62,833 bases of DNA from the NCBI GenBank assembly GCA_022571255.1, contig JACZYD010000003.1:1-62833 (forward strand). The letters are read 5' to 3'. The stretch comes from Bacteroidota bacterium (lineage in GTDB: Bacteria; Bacteroidota; Rhodothermia; Rhodothermales; UBA10348). The notes below the pieces were generated by a model that had not been told where the DNA came from, did no database searches, and worked only from the letters and a program-made list of their open reading frames with translations. Both the position numbers and the translations under genes were made by a program. Positions 8,168 through 17,189 of the stretch are shown here, one piece after another (positions within the stretch are counted from its first letter, which is position 1; every line of letters starts with the position of its first letter).

Positions 8168-10084
8168 ATGGGCGACCACGACATTCACTACAAGAGTGAT
8201 CCTGCAGCATTGCGGCGGTTCACCAAGCAGATCATCAATGATGTGCGTGCAATCGAATACATGTTACGTCACGACATGTTTGAAAAAGACGTGCGCCGCA
8301 TCGGAGCCGAGCAGGAGCTGTTTCTGATCAACAACCTGTGGCATCCGGCGCCGGTTGCAGTTGAGGTGCTCGAAAACAATACAGATCCGAGGCTGGTAAG
8401 CGAGTTAACCCGATTTAACCTGGAGTACAATCTTGATCCTCTCATTTTTGAGGGAGACTGCCTGTCTGTGTTGCATCGACAAATCGACGAGGGCCTCGAT
8501 TATGTTCGAACACTCGCCCGGAAATCTGATGCCGACATAGCGCTCGTTGGTATTCTTCCGACGATTCACGCCTCTGATCTACGGATCGAGAACATGGCTC
8601 CTATGGAGCGTTATTATGCGCTGAACAACATGATCATGGAGCTGATGGGTGGGACAGCACAGTATCGGATGGGGGGAATCGATGAGCTTTTCTTTCAACA
8701 CGATAACATCATGGTTGAAGGTTGCAATACCAGCTTTCAGACTCATTTCCAGGTTTCTCCAGAAGAGTTCGCTCACTGTTATAACATAGCTCAATTGATC
8801 GCAGCACCCGTTCTTGCCGGGGCGAGTAATTCACCCACGCTTTTTGGTAAGCGCCTGTGGCGCGAGACACGGATTGCCCTTTTTCAGCAAGCCATTGACA
8901 CTCGCAGCAGTAATCTTTACCTGAGGGATATGAGTCCACGGGTTCATTTTGGCTCGGCCTGGGTCGATTCGTCTGTCATGGAGCTGTATAAGGAAGATAT
9001 TGTTCGTTTCCGTGTAATCATGACGAGCGATTTCGATGATCCGTTCGATATTTTAAAGAGCGGAGGGATTCCAAATCTGAAGGCGCTCCAGTTGCACAAC
9101 GGTACGGTATATCGTTGGAATCGGGCCTGTTACGGGATAACCGACGGGATACCTCACCTGCGAATCGAGAATCGCATTCTACCGGCCGGCCCGAGTGTAA
9201 TCGATGAGGTCGCGAATTCCGCATTCTGGTTCGGCCTTGAGGCTGGACTTGCTGTGCGGTACGAAGATATTCGGACTCTTCTTCATTTTGACGATGCGAA
9301 AAGCAATTTTACTGCCGCCGCGAGGCTCGGGCTTTCAGCAGAAGTCCACTGGATTGACGGGAAAATCTGGCCAGTGGCCAAGTTGATTCGCTCGGAATTG
9401 TTACCCATTGCTCGAGAAGGGCTTGAACGTAATCAAGTTGATGAGAAGGATATTGACCGGTATCTCGGTGTGATTGATGAACGCGTTGACTCCAGGATGA
9501 CGGGTTCACAGTGGCAGCTGGCTTCTCTGAGCTGTATGAAAGAGTCTGGAAGCACGAGGGCGCAGCGGCTCGATATGCTGGTTTCAAGAATGGTTTATTT
9601 TCAGAACAAGGGAATCCCCGGTCATGAATGGGACATCATTGACAAGGTGGACGAAGAGGTTTCCAGAATTCCTGGTATCAGTGTAGAACATTATATGTCG
9701 ACCGATCTTTTTACGGTTCACGAGGACGAACTGATAGAATTTGTTGCCGTACTGATGGATTGGCAAAAGATCCGGCACGTTCTTGTAGAAGACAAAGGGC
9801 ACAAACTGGTCGGAATCATTACACATCGTTCAGTTCTCAGATATCTGGCTGAAACCAAAGCATCAGGTTCGACGGAAGATGCCCCGGTCAGCAGTGTGAT
9901 GGTCCCGGATCCGATTTCGATTTCGCCGGAAACCAGGACATTGCGGGCGATAGAACTGATGCGTGATCATAAAATTGGTGCACTTCCAGTCGTGAGAGAC
10001 GGTCAGCTGGTCGGAATTGTAACGGAAACAGACTTCAACCAGATGGCGTCCGGAATTTTTGATGAAACACTCGGATCAGGCTGA
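8168..10084 (+). CDS. glutamate-cysteine ligase-like (GCS2/carboxylate-amine ligase superfamily) protein fused to a C-terminal CBS pair
   Basis: RRIGAEQELFLIN-type N-terminal motif and ~480-aa ligase-like body. The C-terminus has two CBS modules (VEHYMSTDLFTV..., VSSVMVPDPISI...IGALPVVRDGQLVGIVTETDF). Confidence 0.72.
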   Translation: MGDHDIHYKSDPAALRRFTKQIINDVRAIEYMLRHDMFEKDVRRIGAEQELFLINNLWHPAPVAVEVLENNTDPRLVSELTRFNLEYNLDPLIFEGDCLSVLHRQIDEGLDYVRTLARKSDADIALVGILPTIHASDLRIENMAPMERYYALNNMIMELMGGTAQYRMGGIDELFFQHDNIMVEGCNTSFQTHFQVSPEEFAHCYNIAQLIAAPVLAGASNSPTLFGKRLWRETRIALFQQAIDTRSSNLYLRDMSPRVHFGSAWVDSSVMELYKEDIVRFRVIMTSDFDDPFDILKSGGIPNLKALQLHNGTVYRWNRACYGITDGIPHLRIENRILPAGPSVIDEVANSAFWFGLEAGLAVRYEDIRTLLHFDDAKSNFTAAARLGLSAEVHWIDGKIWPVAKLIRSELLPIAREGLERNQVDEKDIDRYLGVIDERVDSRMTGSQWQLASLSCMKESGSTRAQRLDMLVSRMVYFQNKGIPGHEWDIIDKVDEEVSRIPGISVEHYMSTDLFTVHEDELIEFVAVLMDWQKIRHVLVEDKGHKLVGIITHRSVLRYLAETKASGSTEDAPVSSVMVPDPISISPETRTLRAIELMRDHKIGALPVVRDGQLVGIVTETDFNQMASGIFDETLGSG

Positions 10085-10097
10085 GACGAATGCTTCC

Positions 10098-10706
10098 TTA
10101 CCACTTTCTGTAGTCACGAGCATTAAGATGCAGGCCCTCGCGAGGCAGATTTCGAGAGCCCTGAAAGACGAGAGTGATACCCGCAAGAAAAATTGCTCCT
10201 TCGCCTACCGGTTCTCCCGATGTATTGACATTGATTTCGGCTCCCAGAGCGAGAGTGAAATCAATAGCGACCCCGGACAGAGAGGAACCGGTCCTGTACC
10301 CGACTACGCCAGTCGGTTGGAAAACGGTCACAGACGTCTCACCGGTTTCGCCACCATCTATTCGCTCGTTTTCCCAATCGATGTCCAGAAACCATATATC
10401 GGCACGTGCGCCCACGAAAAACCCCCTTTTATCCCGCGCAAAATATCGATCCAGTTCGAGCGCCAGTCCCGGGCCTCCGCCTGTTTCATCGTCGTGTTCA
10501 CCGAAGTCACGGCGGTCCGTTGCATTGTATCCTGCCAACAATCGAACGCTCACGTGTTCTGAGGTTGGAATAATAACCTGTCCGACTCCAATCACACCCG
10601 CAGGATAGGCCTGGAAGCCCAGTCCGAACCTGGTCTGGGCAACAAGTTCATTTGGTCGAGAAAGAGCCCCGGAAAACAAAAAGAGAAAAATCAGGATTGG
10701 TCGCAT
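10098..10706 (-). CDS. small outer-membrane beta-barrel protein
   Basis: ATG at 10706 gives signal peptide MRPILIFLFLFSGALS, then alternating hydrophobic beta-strand pattern for ~200 aa. The ORF-track extension to 11135 is only a read-through of the hexamer repeat. Confidence 0.65.
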   Translation of the reverse strand: MRPILIFLFLFSGALSRPNELVAQTRFGLGFQAYPAGVIGVGQVIIPTSEHVSVRLLAGYNATDRRDFGEHDDETGGGPGLALELDRYFARDKRGFFVGARADIWFLDIDWENERIDGGETGETSVTVFQPTGVVGYRTGSSLSGVAIDFTLALGAEINVNTSGEPVGEGAIFLAGITLVFQGSRNLPREGLHLNARDYRKW

Positions 10707-10796
10707 CCTGTTATACTTTGTCGAGAGAAGAAAGTGAGAAAATAAGAGTTCCCGGTCAATGAATGGTGTCCTGTCTGCGCCCGACGGAGTATCATT

Positions 10797-11006
10797 GCTG
10801 ATGCGGAGGCTGATGCTGATGCGGAGGCGGAGACTGACGTTGACGTTAATGCCGATGCTGATGCGGAGGCTGATGCGGAGGCGGAGACTGACGTTGACGT
10901 TGATGCTGATGCTGATGCGGAGGCTGATGCGGATGCGGAGGCGGAGGTTGAGGCTGAGGCGGAGACTGACGTTGACGTTGACGTTGATGCCGATGCTGAG
11001 GCTGAT
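10797..11006. repeat. 35 tandem hexamers (GNNGAN: gctgat/gcggag/actgac/gttgac) with 54-96 nt higher-order units
   Basis: Read directly. Lies between the divergent OMP gene (start 10706) and the M28 peptidase gene (start 11038). All frames checked are open across it (two plus-strand frames and the minus-strand OMP-ORF frame). One plus-strand frame reads (A/V/T)(D/E) dipeptides but has no start codon. Confidence 0.9.
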
Positions 11007-11037
11007 CCCTGAATCCATGCAACCCGGAGTCTGAGTC

Positions 11038-12441
11038 ATGATGAAATCGATTACAATACGCCTTTCTGGAATCCTCGTCCTGCTGTTTTCTGCGAACAGT
11101 CCGGTGTATTCAAAACAGGCCGCCGAAGAAACCATTCCTGATAAGGCAGATCTTGTTGAAGAGTATCGTACAGACGCAGAACGATTGATCGACGCTGCGC
11201 TCGCCGACAGCTCGGCGTTTGAACGGCTGGCTTACATGGGGGATACTTTCGGCCCGCGGTTTTCGGGGACTCAGAATCTGGAAGATGCAATTGACTGGAT
11301 GCTCGAGGAGATGCGGTCAGACGGCTTGCAGAACGTGCGTGCCGAGGAGGTGATGGTGCCGCGTTGGGTGAGGGGTAGAGAGACCTTGACTCTGATGGAA
11401 CCCCGTATTGGAGCAATGTCCATTCTGGGCCTTGGGGGTTCGGTAGGTACGTCGCCTCTCGGTATCACGGCTGAGGTTTTGGTCGTCCGTAATTTCGATG
11501 AGTTGGAGAAGCGCGCCGATGAAGCAGTCGGCAAGATTGTACTTTTTAACAACGATGTCTGGCGAGGATACGACACAACGTATCGAAGGAACGGAGCGAT
11601 TCGTGGTGCACAGGTCGGTGCTGTAGCCATTCTGATTCGCTCTGTGGGCCCCGCATCGATGTACACGCCGCATACGGGAACGTCGAATTACGACGAGAAT
11701 GTCGCGAAAATTCCCAAGGCGGCAGTCACCACCGAGGACGCCGATATGATGCAACGAATGCAGAATCGCGGCCAGAAGATTATTGTTCGTCTCAACATGG
11801 ACGCTGTGACGTTGCCGGACGTGCCGTCAAGGAATGTTCTGGCCGAAATCGTGGGCCGGGAGTTTCCGGATGAAGTCATCGTGTTGGGTGGCCACATCGA
11901 TTCGTGGGATGTGGGTCAGGGCGTGATGGACGACGGCGGGGGAGTCATTGCAGCATGGCAGGCAGTTCTGTTAATGAAAAAACTGGGCCTTCGTCCCCGG
12001 CGAACCGTTCGCGTTGTTGCATGGACAAACGAAGAAAATGGCTCGCGTGGTGCAACGGGTTATCGGGACGCACACGCGGAAGAGATTGACAATCATATTC
12101 TTGGTATTGAATCAGATGGTGGAGTTTTTAAACCGTCCGGGTTCGGGTTTACCGGCGGCGATGAAGCTTTCGATCTGATCGTAGAAATTGCACGGCTGCT
12201 TGAAGGAATTGAAGCCTCGACCATCAGACGGGGTGGTGGAGGGGCAGATATCGCGCCGTTGATGCGTGAGGGGATGCCGGGTATGGGGTTGAGTGTGGAT
12301 GGTACTGAGTATTTCTGGTACCACCATACCAATGCTGATACGCTGGACAAACTTGACCCTCATGAAATGAATCTCTGTACGGCTGCCATGGCTGTGATGG
12401 CATACGTTGTGGCGGATATGGAGCAGCGTCTGCCGAGGTAG
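11038..12441 (+). CDS. M28-family zinc aminopeptidase/carboxypeptidase with PA domain
   Basis: Signal peptide plus M28 metal ligand motifs: GGHIDSWDVGQGVMDDGGGV, WTNEENGSRG, YHHTNADTLDK. Confidence 0.88.
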   Translation: MMKSITIRLSGILVLLFSANSPVYSKQAAEETIPDKADLVEEYRTDAERLIDAALADSSAFERLAYMGDTFGPRFSGTQNLEDAIDWMLEEMRSDGLQNVRAEEVMVPRWVRGRETLTLMEPRIGAMSILGLGGSVGTSPLGITAEVLVVRNFDELEKRADEAVGKIVLFNNDVWRGYDTTYRRNGAIRGAQVGAVAILIRSVGPASMYTPHTGTSNYDENVAKIPKAAVTTEDADMMQRMQNRGQKIIVRLNMDAVTLPDVPSRNVLAEIVGREFPDEVIVLGGHIDSWDVGQGVMDDGGGVIAAWQAVLLMKKLGLRPRRTVRVVAWTNEENGSRGATGYRDAHAEEIDNHILGIESDGGVFKPSGFGFTGGDEAFDLIVEIARLLEGIEASTIRRGGGGADIAPLMREGMPGMGLSVDGTEYFWYHHTNADTLDKLDPHEMNLCTAAMAVMAYVVADMEQRLPR

Positions 12442-12822
12442 AGAGCGAAAGGACTACTGCCAAAAATGGGTACACTCTGAACGGACCTGCGCCCCATTCT
12501 CCGTAGCAGGGACAGGGCTAAGGGTTTAGTCTGATCTCAGCACCGGGTAGAATGCGGCTGGGTGCTCTTTTCGCATTCTGTGAGGCCACGGCAGTCGCAT
12601 ATTTGCCGACGCTTGCATTCAAAATGGACGCCCCGTGGCATTGTTATGCCGAGGTACGGAGGAGTGAGAATCCCTTACGTCGTTATCCGGGGAGGATCAC
12701 GTCTTCCAAACCCAGCATGTTCTATATTTTCCAGAGACAAATATGAACTGAACAAAAGCATTCACTGCTGCCAATTCTGTGTACACAAAGGCGAAGCGAC
12801 ACCACAAACTGACCCAAAATCG

Positions 12823-12999
12823 CGCGAAGGCATGCCGGGAATGGGGTTGAGTGTGGATGGTACTGAGTATTTCTGGTATCATCACAACAATGCCGATACG
12901 CTGGACAAACTTGACCCTCATGAAATGAATCTCTGTACGGCTGCCATGGCTGTGATGGCATACGTTGTGGCGGATATGGAGCAGCGTCTGCCACGATAA
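12823..12999 (+). pseudogene. orphan copy of the last 58 codons plus stop of the M28 peptidase gene
   Basis: REGMPGMGLSVDGTEYFWYHHNNADTLDKLDPHEMNLCTAAMAVMAYVVADMEQRLPR* versus 12265-12441. There are 13 nt differences in 177, and only one changes an amino acid (T->N). Upstream in-frame sequence is unrelated to the peptidase. Confidence 0.85.
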
Positions 13000-13225
13000 C
13001 TCGCGGTCGTTCTAAGGATCAATCGGAGAGGATTCGAAAACGATGAATTCTGGAGAAAAGTTTCAGATCTGTCCAGTTAAGTCGATCTCTGGCAATAGAT
13101 ATAATGGCTCCTGAAATTCAGGAAGGAAAATCCATGTGATCCATGGTTATTGTCAGGCCATTTGGCATGTTTATTGCGATTTACGGCCTTGTAAGCCCGA
13201 AACATTAATCAAGCAAATTCGCCCG

Positions 13226-13648
13226 ATGGAAACGGCCCTGAAAAAATGCGGTCATTGTGCGCGTGAAAAACTGCTATCAGAGTTCGGCTGGCAGAATCAC
13301 GCCACTGACATTCTGCGCAAGTCGTGTAAGGAATGTGATTCAAGAGCGGAAAAATTGTTTGGAATAGAAGATGAATACGAAGCCCGGCGATCAGCACGAC
13401 TCTTCCTGAAGTACGGTATTTCTCCGCGAGAGGAGGCTCAGCTGCTCGCAGATCAAAACGGTGCATGCGCCGCTTGCGGAGAGATTCCGGAAGGAAAACG
13501 GCTTCTGGTCGATTATTGTAAAGAATACAACGTGGTTCGCGGCCTCTTGTGTCCCGCTTGCAGCAAAATGGTCAGCAGGTTAGGCTCGGACCTGTCCATG
13601 ATGCGTAAGACGATGGCCTATCTGCAGGCCAGTGTGAGCGGGTTTTAA
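13226..13648 (+). CDS. endonuclease VII-family (His-Me finger) zinc-binding protein, catalytic residues substituted
   Basis: N-terminal CGHC...CKEC zinc ribbon plus YGISPREEAQLLADQNGACAACG...RLLVDYCKEYNVVRGLLCPACSKMVSRLG, which matches the Endo VII pattern Q.G.CAIC...VDHDH.TG.VRGLLC..CN..LG. The alternative GTG start is at 13136. Confidence 0.7.
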   Translation: METALKKCGHCAREKLLSEFGWQNHATDILRKSCKECDSRAEKLFGIEDEYEARRSARLFLKYGISPREEAQLLADQNGACAACGEIPEGKRLLVDYCKEYNVVRGLLCPACSKMVSRLGSDLSMMRKTMAYLQASVSGF

Positions 13649-13710
13649 ACTCGGCGCGCAAAAACGTAGACTCGGCGCGCAAAAATCAAGCTTCGGCGCG
13701 CAAAAACGTG
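13648..13710. repeat. tandem repeat, 21 nt x 3 (ctcggcgcgcaaaaa core) spanning the cfa stop codon
   Basis: On the minus strand it reads FLRAEA* / FLRAEST / FLRAEFK. The first unit is the end of cfa. Confidence 0.85.
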
Positions 13711-14975
13711 TTGGCATGAGTTTCGGCATCGGCAACCGTCTTTCGTTGATCATCTGCGTGCGAAACCGACGGAAGATCAGCCTTAAGGTATGATCGCGTC
13801 ACGGGTACGGCGTCCTCCTTTTTAGCCAGCTGGATCTGGAATATAACATGTCCGATATTTCGGAATGCGAATTCGCTGATTACGAGGTAATATTCAAACA
13901 TTCTGAAAAAAGACTCATCGTAGTCGCGAACAATCCATTCTTTTTGCCGGTCAAAACGGCGACGCCACTCTGCGATCGTTTCCGCATAATGAGTTCGCAG
14001 TACTTCGATGTCACATATGTAGAAACCTGTCTGTTCGACAGCCTTGACAATTTCCGAGAGAGAAGGCGCATAACTGTTCGGGAAAATATACTTTTTCGTC
14101 CATGCGTCCGTGATGCCCGGTCCGTCGGCGCGTCCGATTGTGTGGACGACGGCTATGCCGTCTTCTTCCAGCGTATCGTAAATCTTCTGAAAGAATGGTT
14201 TGTACTGAGGAAGTCCGACGTGCTCCATCATACCCACGACAGTAATTCGATCGAATTTATCCGGAATATCCCGATAATCCTGTAATCGGAAGTCGACACC
14301 GTCTGTCGCGCCTTCTCTCTCTGCTCGTGAAGTGGCTGCGACAAGCTGTTCCTGGGACAGGGTTACACCCGTGACATGCGCGCCAGTCAACTGGTGCATC
14401 AATACAGCAGGTCCGCCCCAGCCGCAACCAATATCCAGAATGCGATGTTCGGGTTTTGCCAGCAGCTTTTGAGTAATCAGCCTGGTTTTATCACGCTGTG
14501 CGCGTTCCAGATCTTTCTCTGTATTGTCCTCCGTGTAATAGGCACACGTATACTGAAGATCTTCATCCAGAAACGACTCGTAGACATTGGCCTTGATATC
14601 GTAATGGTGGGCTACGAGTTTTTTAGAACGCGCTCTGGAATTGAGCTGACCATAATAATTTTTCAGGCGCTTCAGCTTCGCATTGTTTGCATTGAGGCGA
14701 TTATCGGGTTTCCAGCCGATGTTTCCCGTTACAAGATTAATGAAGTCGTACAATGTCCCCTCTTCAAGAGTCAGCGTACCGTCCATATAGGCTTCACCAA
14801 GGGCCAGTTCCGGGAGAAGAAACAGACGCCACGGTAACCATCGCGTATGAAGTCGAATGGTGGCCCGAAGCTCCGAATCTTTATCGCCGTATGCGTACGA
14901 CGTACCGTTTGCAAAAATACACGTCAGCCGACCTGTTTTGATCAGTTTTTTAAGAAAGAAATTGAGCAACAACAT
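13686..14975 (-). CDS. cfa: cyclopropane-fatty-acyl-phospholipid synthase
   Basis: SAM motif ILDIGCGWGGPA, FDRITVVGMMEHVG and YAPSLSEI. Length is typical of the CFA synthase/mycolic acid methyltransferase family. Confidence 0.9.
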   Translation of the reverse strand: MLLLNFFLKKLIKTGRLTCIFANGTSYAYGDKDSELRATIRLHTRWLPWRLFLLPELALGEAYMDGTLTLEEGTLYDFINLVTGNIGWKPDNRLNANNAKLKRLKNYYGQLNSRARSKKLVAHHYDIKANVYESFLDEDLQYTCAYYTEDNTEKDLERAQRDKTRLITQKLLAKPEHRILDIGCGWGGPAVLMHQLTGAHVTGVTLSQEQLVAATSRAEREGATDGVDFRLQDYRDIPDKFDRITVVGMMEHVGLPQYKPFFQKIYDTLEEDGIAVVHTIGRADGPGITDAWTKKYIFPNSYAPSLSEIVKAVEQTGFYICDIEVLRTHYAETIAEWRRRFDRQKEWIVRDYDESFFRMFEYYLVISEFAFRNIGHVIFQIQLAKKEDAVPVTRSYLKADLPSVSHADDQRKTVADAETHANTFLRAEA

Positions 14976-15008
14976 AACATCCAGGGTGAGAAACGGAACT
15001 GAATATAA

Positions 15009-17051
15009 TCACTGCAAAAGTCTGCGTACTTCTTTGAGGGCCTCGCGGGCCCGCTGGTTTTGTGGAGAGATGATCAACAGCTGCTGCAGCCGGTCCCGGG
15101 CTTCCGAGTATCTGCCAAGCTGGGCATAGACCAACCCCAGATTTCCAAGGGCAGCTTCGTTTACAGGCTCAATGAATACGGCGCGCTCGAAGAGCAGAAT
15201 CGCTCCCTCCAGGTCTTGTTTCAATATTTTTATTGCTCCCAGGTTTATCAGGGCGTTGGTAAAATCCGGGTTAAGATCGAGAACTGACGCGAACGAGGTT
15301 TCTGCTTCGTCGAGAAGCTCCATTTTCAAAGCCGTCGTTCCATGACCGTAGTGCGCCGATTCGAGCCAGGGTTGCTCGATTATTGCCTGACTGAATTCGG
15401 TCAGCGCATCATGGAGTTGACCTTCGGCCTCCAATAAATCAGCCAGACGCACGCGAATCTCAGCGTTTTCCGGTTGAATGTCCAGTGCTTCGCGATACAG
15501 TTGTTCGGACAAGGCAGGTGAACGATCGGCAACCTCATAGGCCCAAGCCAGCTCTTGCATGCGCTCAGGAATGTCACCATCCAGTTCGTTGGCTCTTTCG
15601 AGCGCCGCAATTGCGGCATCCAGTTGACCGTCCCGCAGAAGTGCTCTACCGTAAAGGAACTGGGCGTCACCGTGATCGGGATCTGCAGATAACGCAGTAT
15701 CCAGAATGCTCATTCCACGATTCACGAATACGGAGCCGGTTTTTTGTTCTCCGAGGATAAGGTGAGCCATGCCCAGGCGGATCGTATTCGGGTCCTGGTG
15801 ACCGCTCAGCAGTGGAGTAAGCAGCTGACTTGACACATGATCGGATGCTGTTGTAAGATCATCGGCTGACACGACTCGTATCCAGTGATCTGTAAAGCTC
15901 GCATGAGGCGCGTTTGTCGCGTCTACGCGGGGCATGTGGCAGCTGAAACAGTTCACCTCTCCGGTGTGATTGGAGATTGCCGGTTCCGTCGAAAACCGGA
16001 CAGTGATATCTGAATGACAGGTCAGACACGTATTGTTAAAATACTCCGGACCCTGGGCTCTGAATCCGTTGTGCGGGTCATGACACGTCACACAGGTCAT
16101 CGGATTATCGAGCTCGAGCGTCTGCTCGAAGCAGGCAGATAATATCATTCGGTCAGCGTGCGACACCACTGAAATCACATTTTGAGAGGACCGTGTATGC
16201 TCTTCGAACACCGCAACATGAGATGTCATCGGTTCGCCCGGTCGATACTGAAAAGCGTTGCGGCCTTCCTGATAGACGGTGACTGCGCCGGTCACGTGGC
16301 ACTGCCGGCAGACATCGAGTTGCCGTGCAGGTGACAGATATTTCGGGTTGACGATCGACGTGTCGATCGAGTCCGGCGGCGTCAGTTCTTCGAGCCGTTC
16401 ATCGACATGGAGAGCTCCGGGTCCATGACATCGTTCACATCCGATACCCTCTGGTATATCCATGTATTTACCCGTTACATGAGGTACACGTACAGGATAG
16501 GAGTTATGGCACGCGATGCACCGATCCGAGAGAAGTCGATCGAAACGCACATTTTTCCTTTCGTAACCCGGACTCATCGCCCACTTGGAACCCTGGCTGA
16601 ACCATGTCAATGGCAGTTCATACAGCCTGTTATTGCTCTTCGCGATATAGGTGCGCGCCGCATTTCCACTTCCCAGAACGTAATCGATTTTTCGAACCAG
16701 CGAATGTGTCTTTTTTCCGACGTCGTCAACGCGGTATTCTTCCTGGAAATATCCACCGTTCTTTTTAAAGGCTCTGTAGTAGAAGTTTGATGCCTCATGG
16801 TAGACGGGTTTCGCAGAGAAATCCTCGACTTCCCGGTCCGCGCTCATCGGGTAAAATGAGTGAGACATCCCATGAGACTGAAATCCTCGCCACTCGTTTT
16901 CGTGACAATCAAAACACGCAGCATCTCCAACGTACTCTATCTCCGTGGAAATATTCCGGAATGGAATCGTGTCTTTCTGCTTGTCAGAGTATTGGGGCTC
17001 ACATCCGACCAGGATGGCTGCAAGCAGACAGAATCGCGAGACAGTTCGCAT
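15009..17051 (-). CDS. multihaem (7 x CxxCH) cytochrome c lipoprotein fused to C-terminal TPR domain
   Basis: ATG at 17051 gives MRTVSRFCLLAAILVGC (lipobox). Haem motifs: CFDCH, CIACH, CERCH, CRQCH, CVTCH, CLTCH, CFSCH. The last ~250 aa are TPR repeats. Confidence 0.85.
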   Translation of the reverse strand: MRTVSRFCLLAAILVGCEPQYSDKQKDTIPFRNISTEIEYVGDAACFDCHENEWRGFQSHGMSHSFYPMSADREVEDFSAKPVYHEASNFYYRAFKKNGGYFQEEYRVDDVGKKTHSLVRKIDYVLGSGNAARTYIAKSNNRLYELPLTWFSQGSKWAMSPGYERKNVRFDRLLSDRCIACHNSYPVRVPHVTGKYMDIPEGIGCERCHGPGALHVDERLEELTPPDSIDTSIVNPKYLSPARQLDVCRQCHVTGAVTVYQEGRNAFQYRPGEPMTSHVAVFEEHTRSSQNVISVVSHADRMILSACFEQTLELDNPMTCVTCHDPHNGFRAQGPEYFNNTCLTCHSDITVRFSTEPAISNHTGEVNCFSCHMPRVDATNAPHASFTDHWIRVVSADDLTTASDHVSSQLLTPLLSGHQDPNTIRLGMAHLILGEQKTGSVFVNRGMSILDTALSADPDHGDAQFLYGRALLRDGQLDAAIAALERANELDGDIPERMQELAWAYEVADRSPALSEQLYREALDIQPENAEIRVRLADLLEAEGQLHDALTEFSQAIIEQPWLESAHYGHGTTALKMELLDEAETSFASVLDLNPDFTNALINLGAIKILKQDLEGAILLFERAVFIEPVNEAALGNLGLVYAQLGRYSEARDRLQQLLIISPQNQRAREALKEVRRLLQ

Positions 17052-17189
17052 TCGAAGTAACGGTGGTCGCTTGAAGAAACAGCCGGGACATATCAAGCCC
17101 GGGCGAACGAGCCTTAAGGTAGGGATTGTGTTTCCTGAAAGTGCCCGGATATTTTCCGGCGCGACCGTATACGTGGGATTTTGAGCGAA

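Larger units (their letters stand above)
12442..13648 (+). mobile_element. candidate remnant of an integrative/homing element (381-nt non-coding cargo, displaced M28 3' end, endonuclease VII-like gene)
   Basis: Diverged direct repeat of the M28 3' end (12265-12441 vs 12823-12999) brackets a 381-nt unique segment. An Endo VII-family ORF follows. No integrase or transposase is present. Confidence 0.35.

Noticed and set aside
10759-11135. Arg/Leu/Met-rich 91-aa ORF (10759-11034, +) and the 140-residue N-terminal extension of the OMP ORF (to 11135, -).
   Set aside because: Both are simply translations of the hexamer repeat. The OMP has a proper signal peptide starting at the ATG at 10706.
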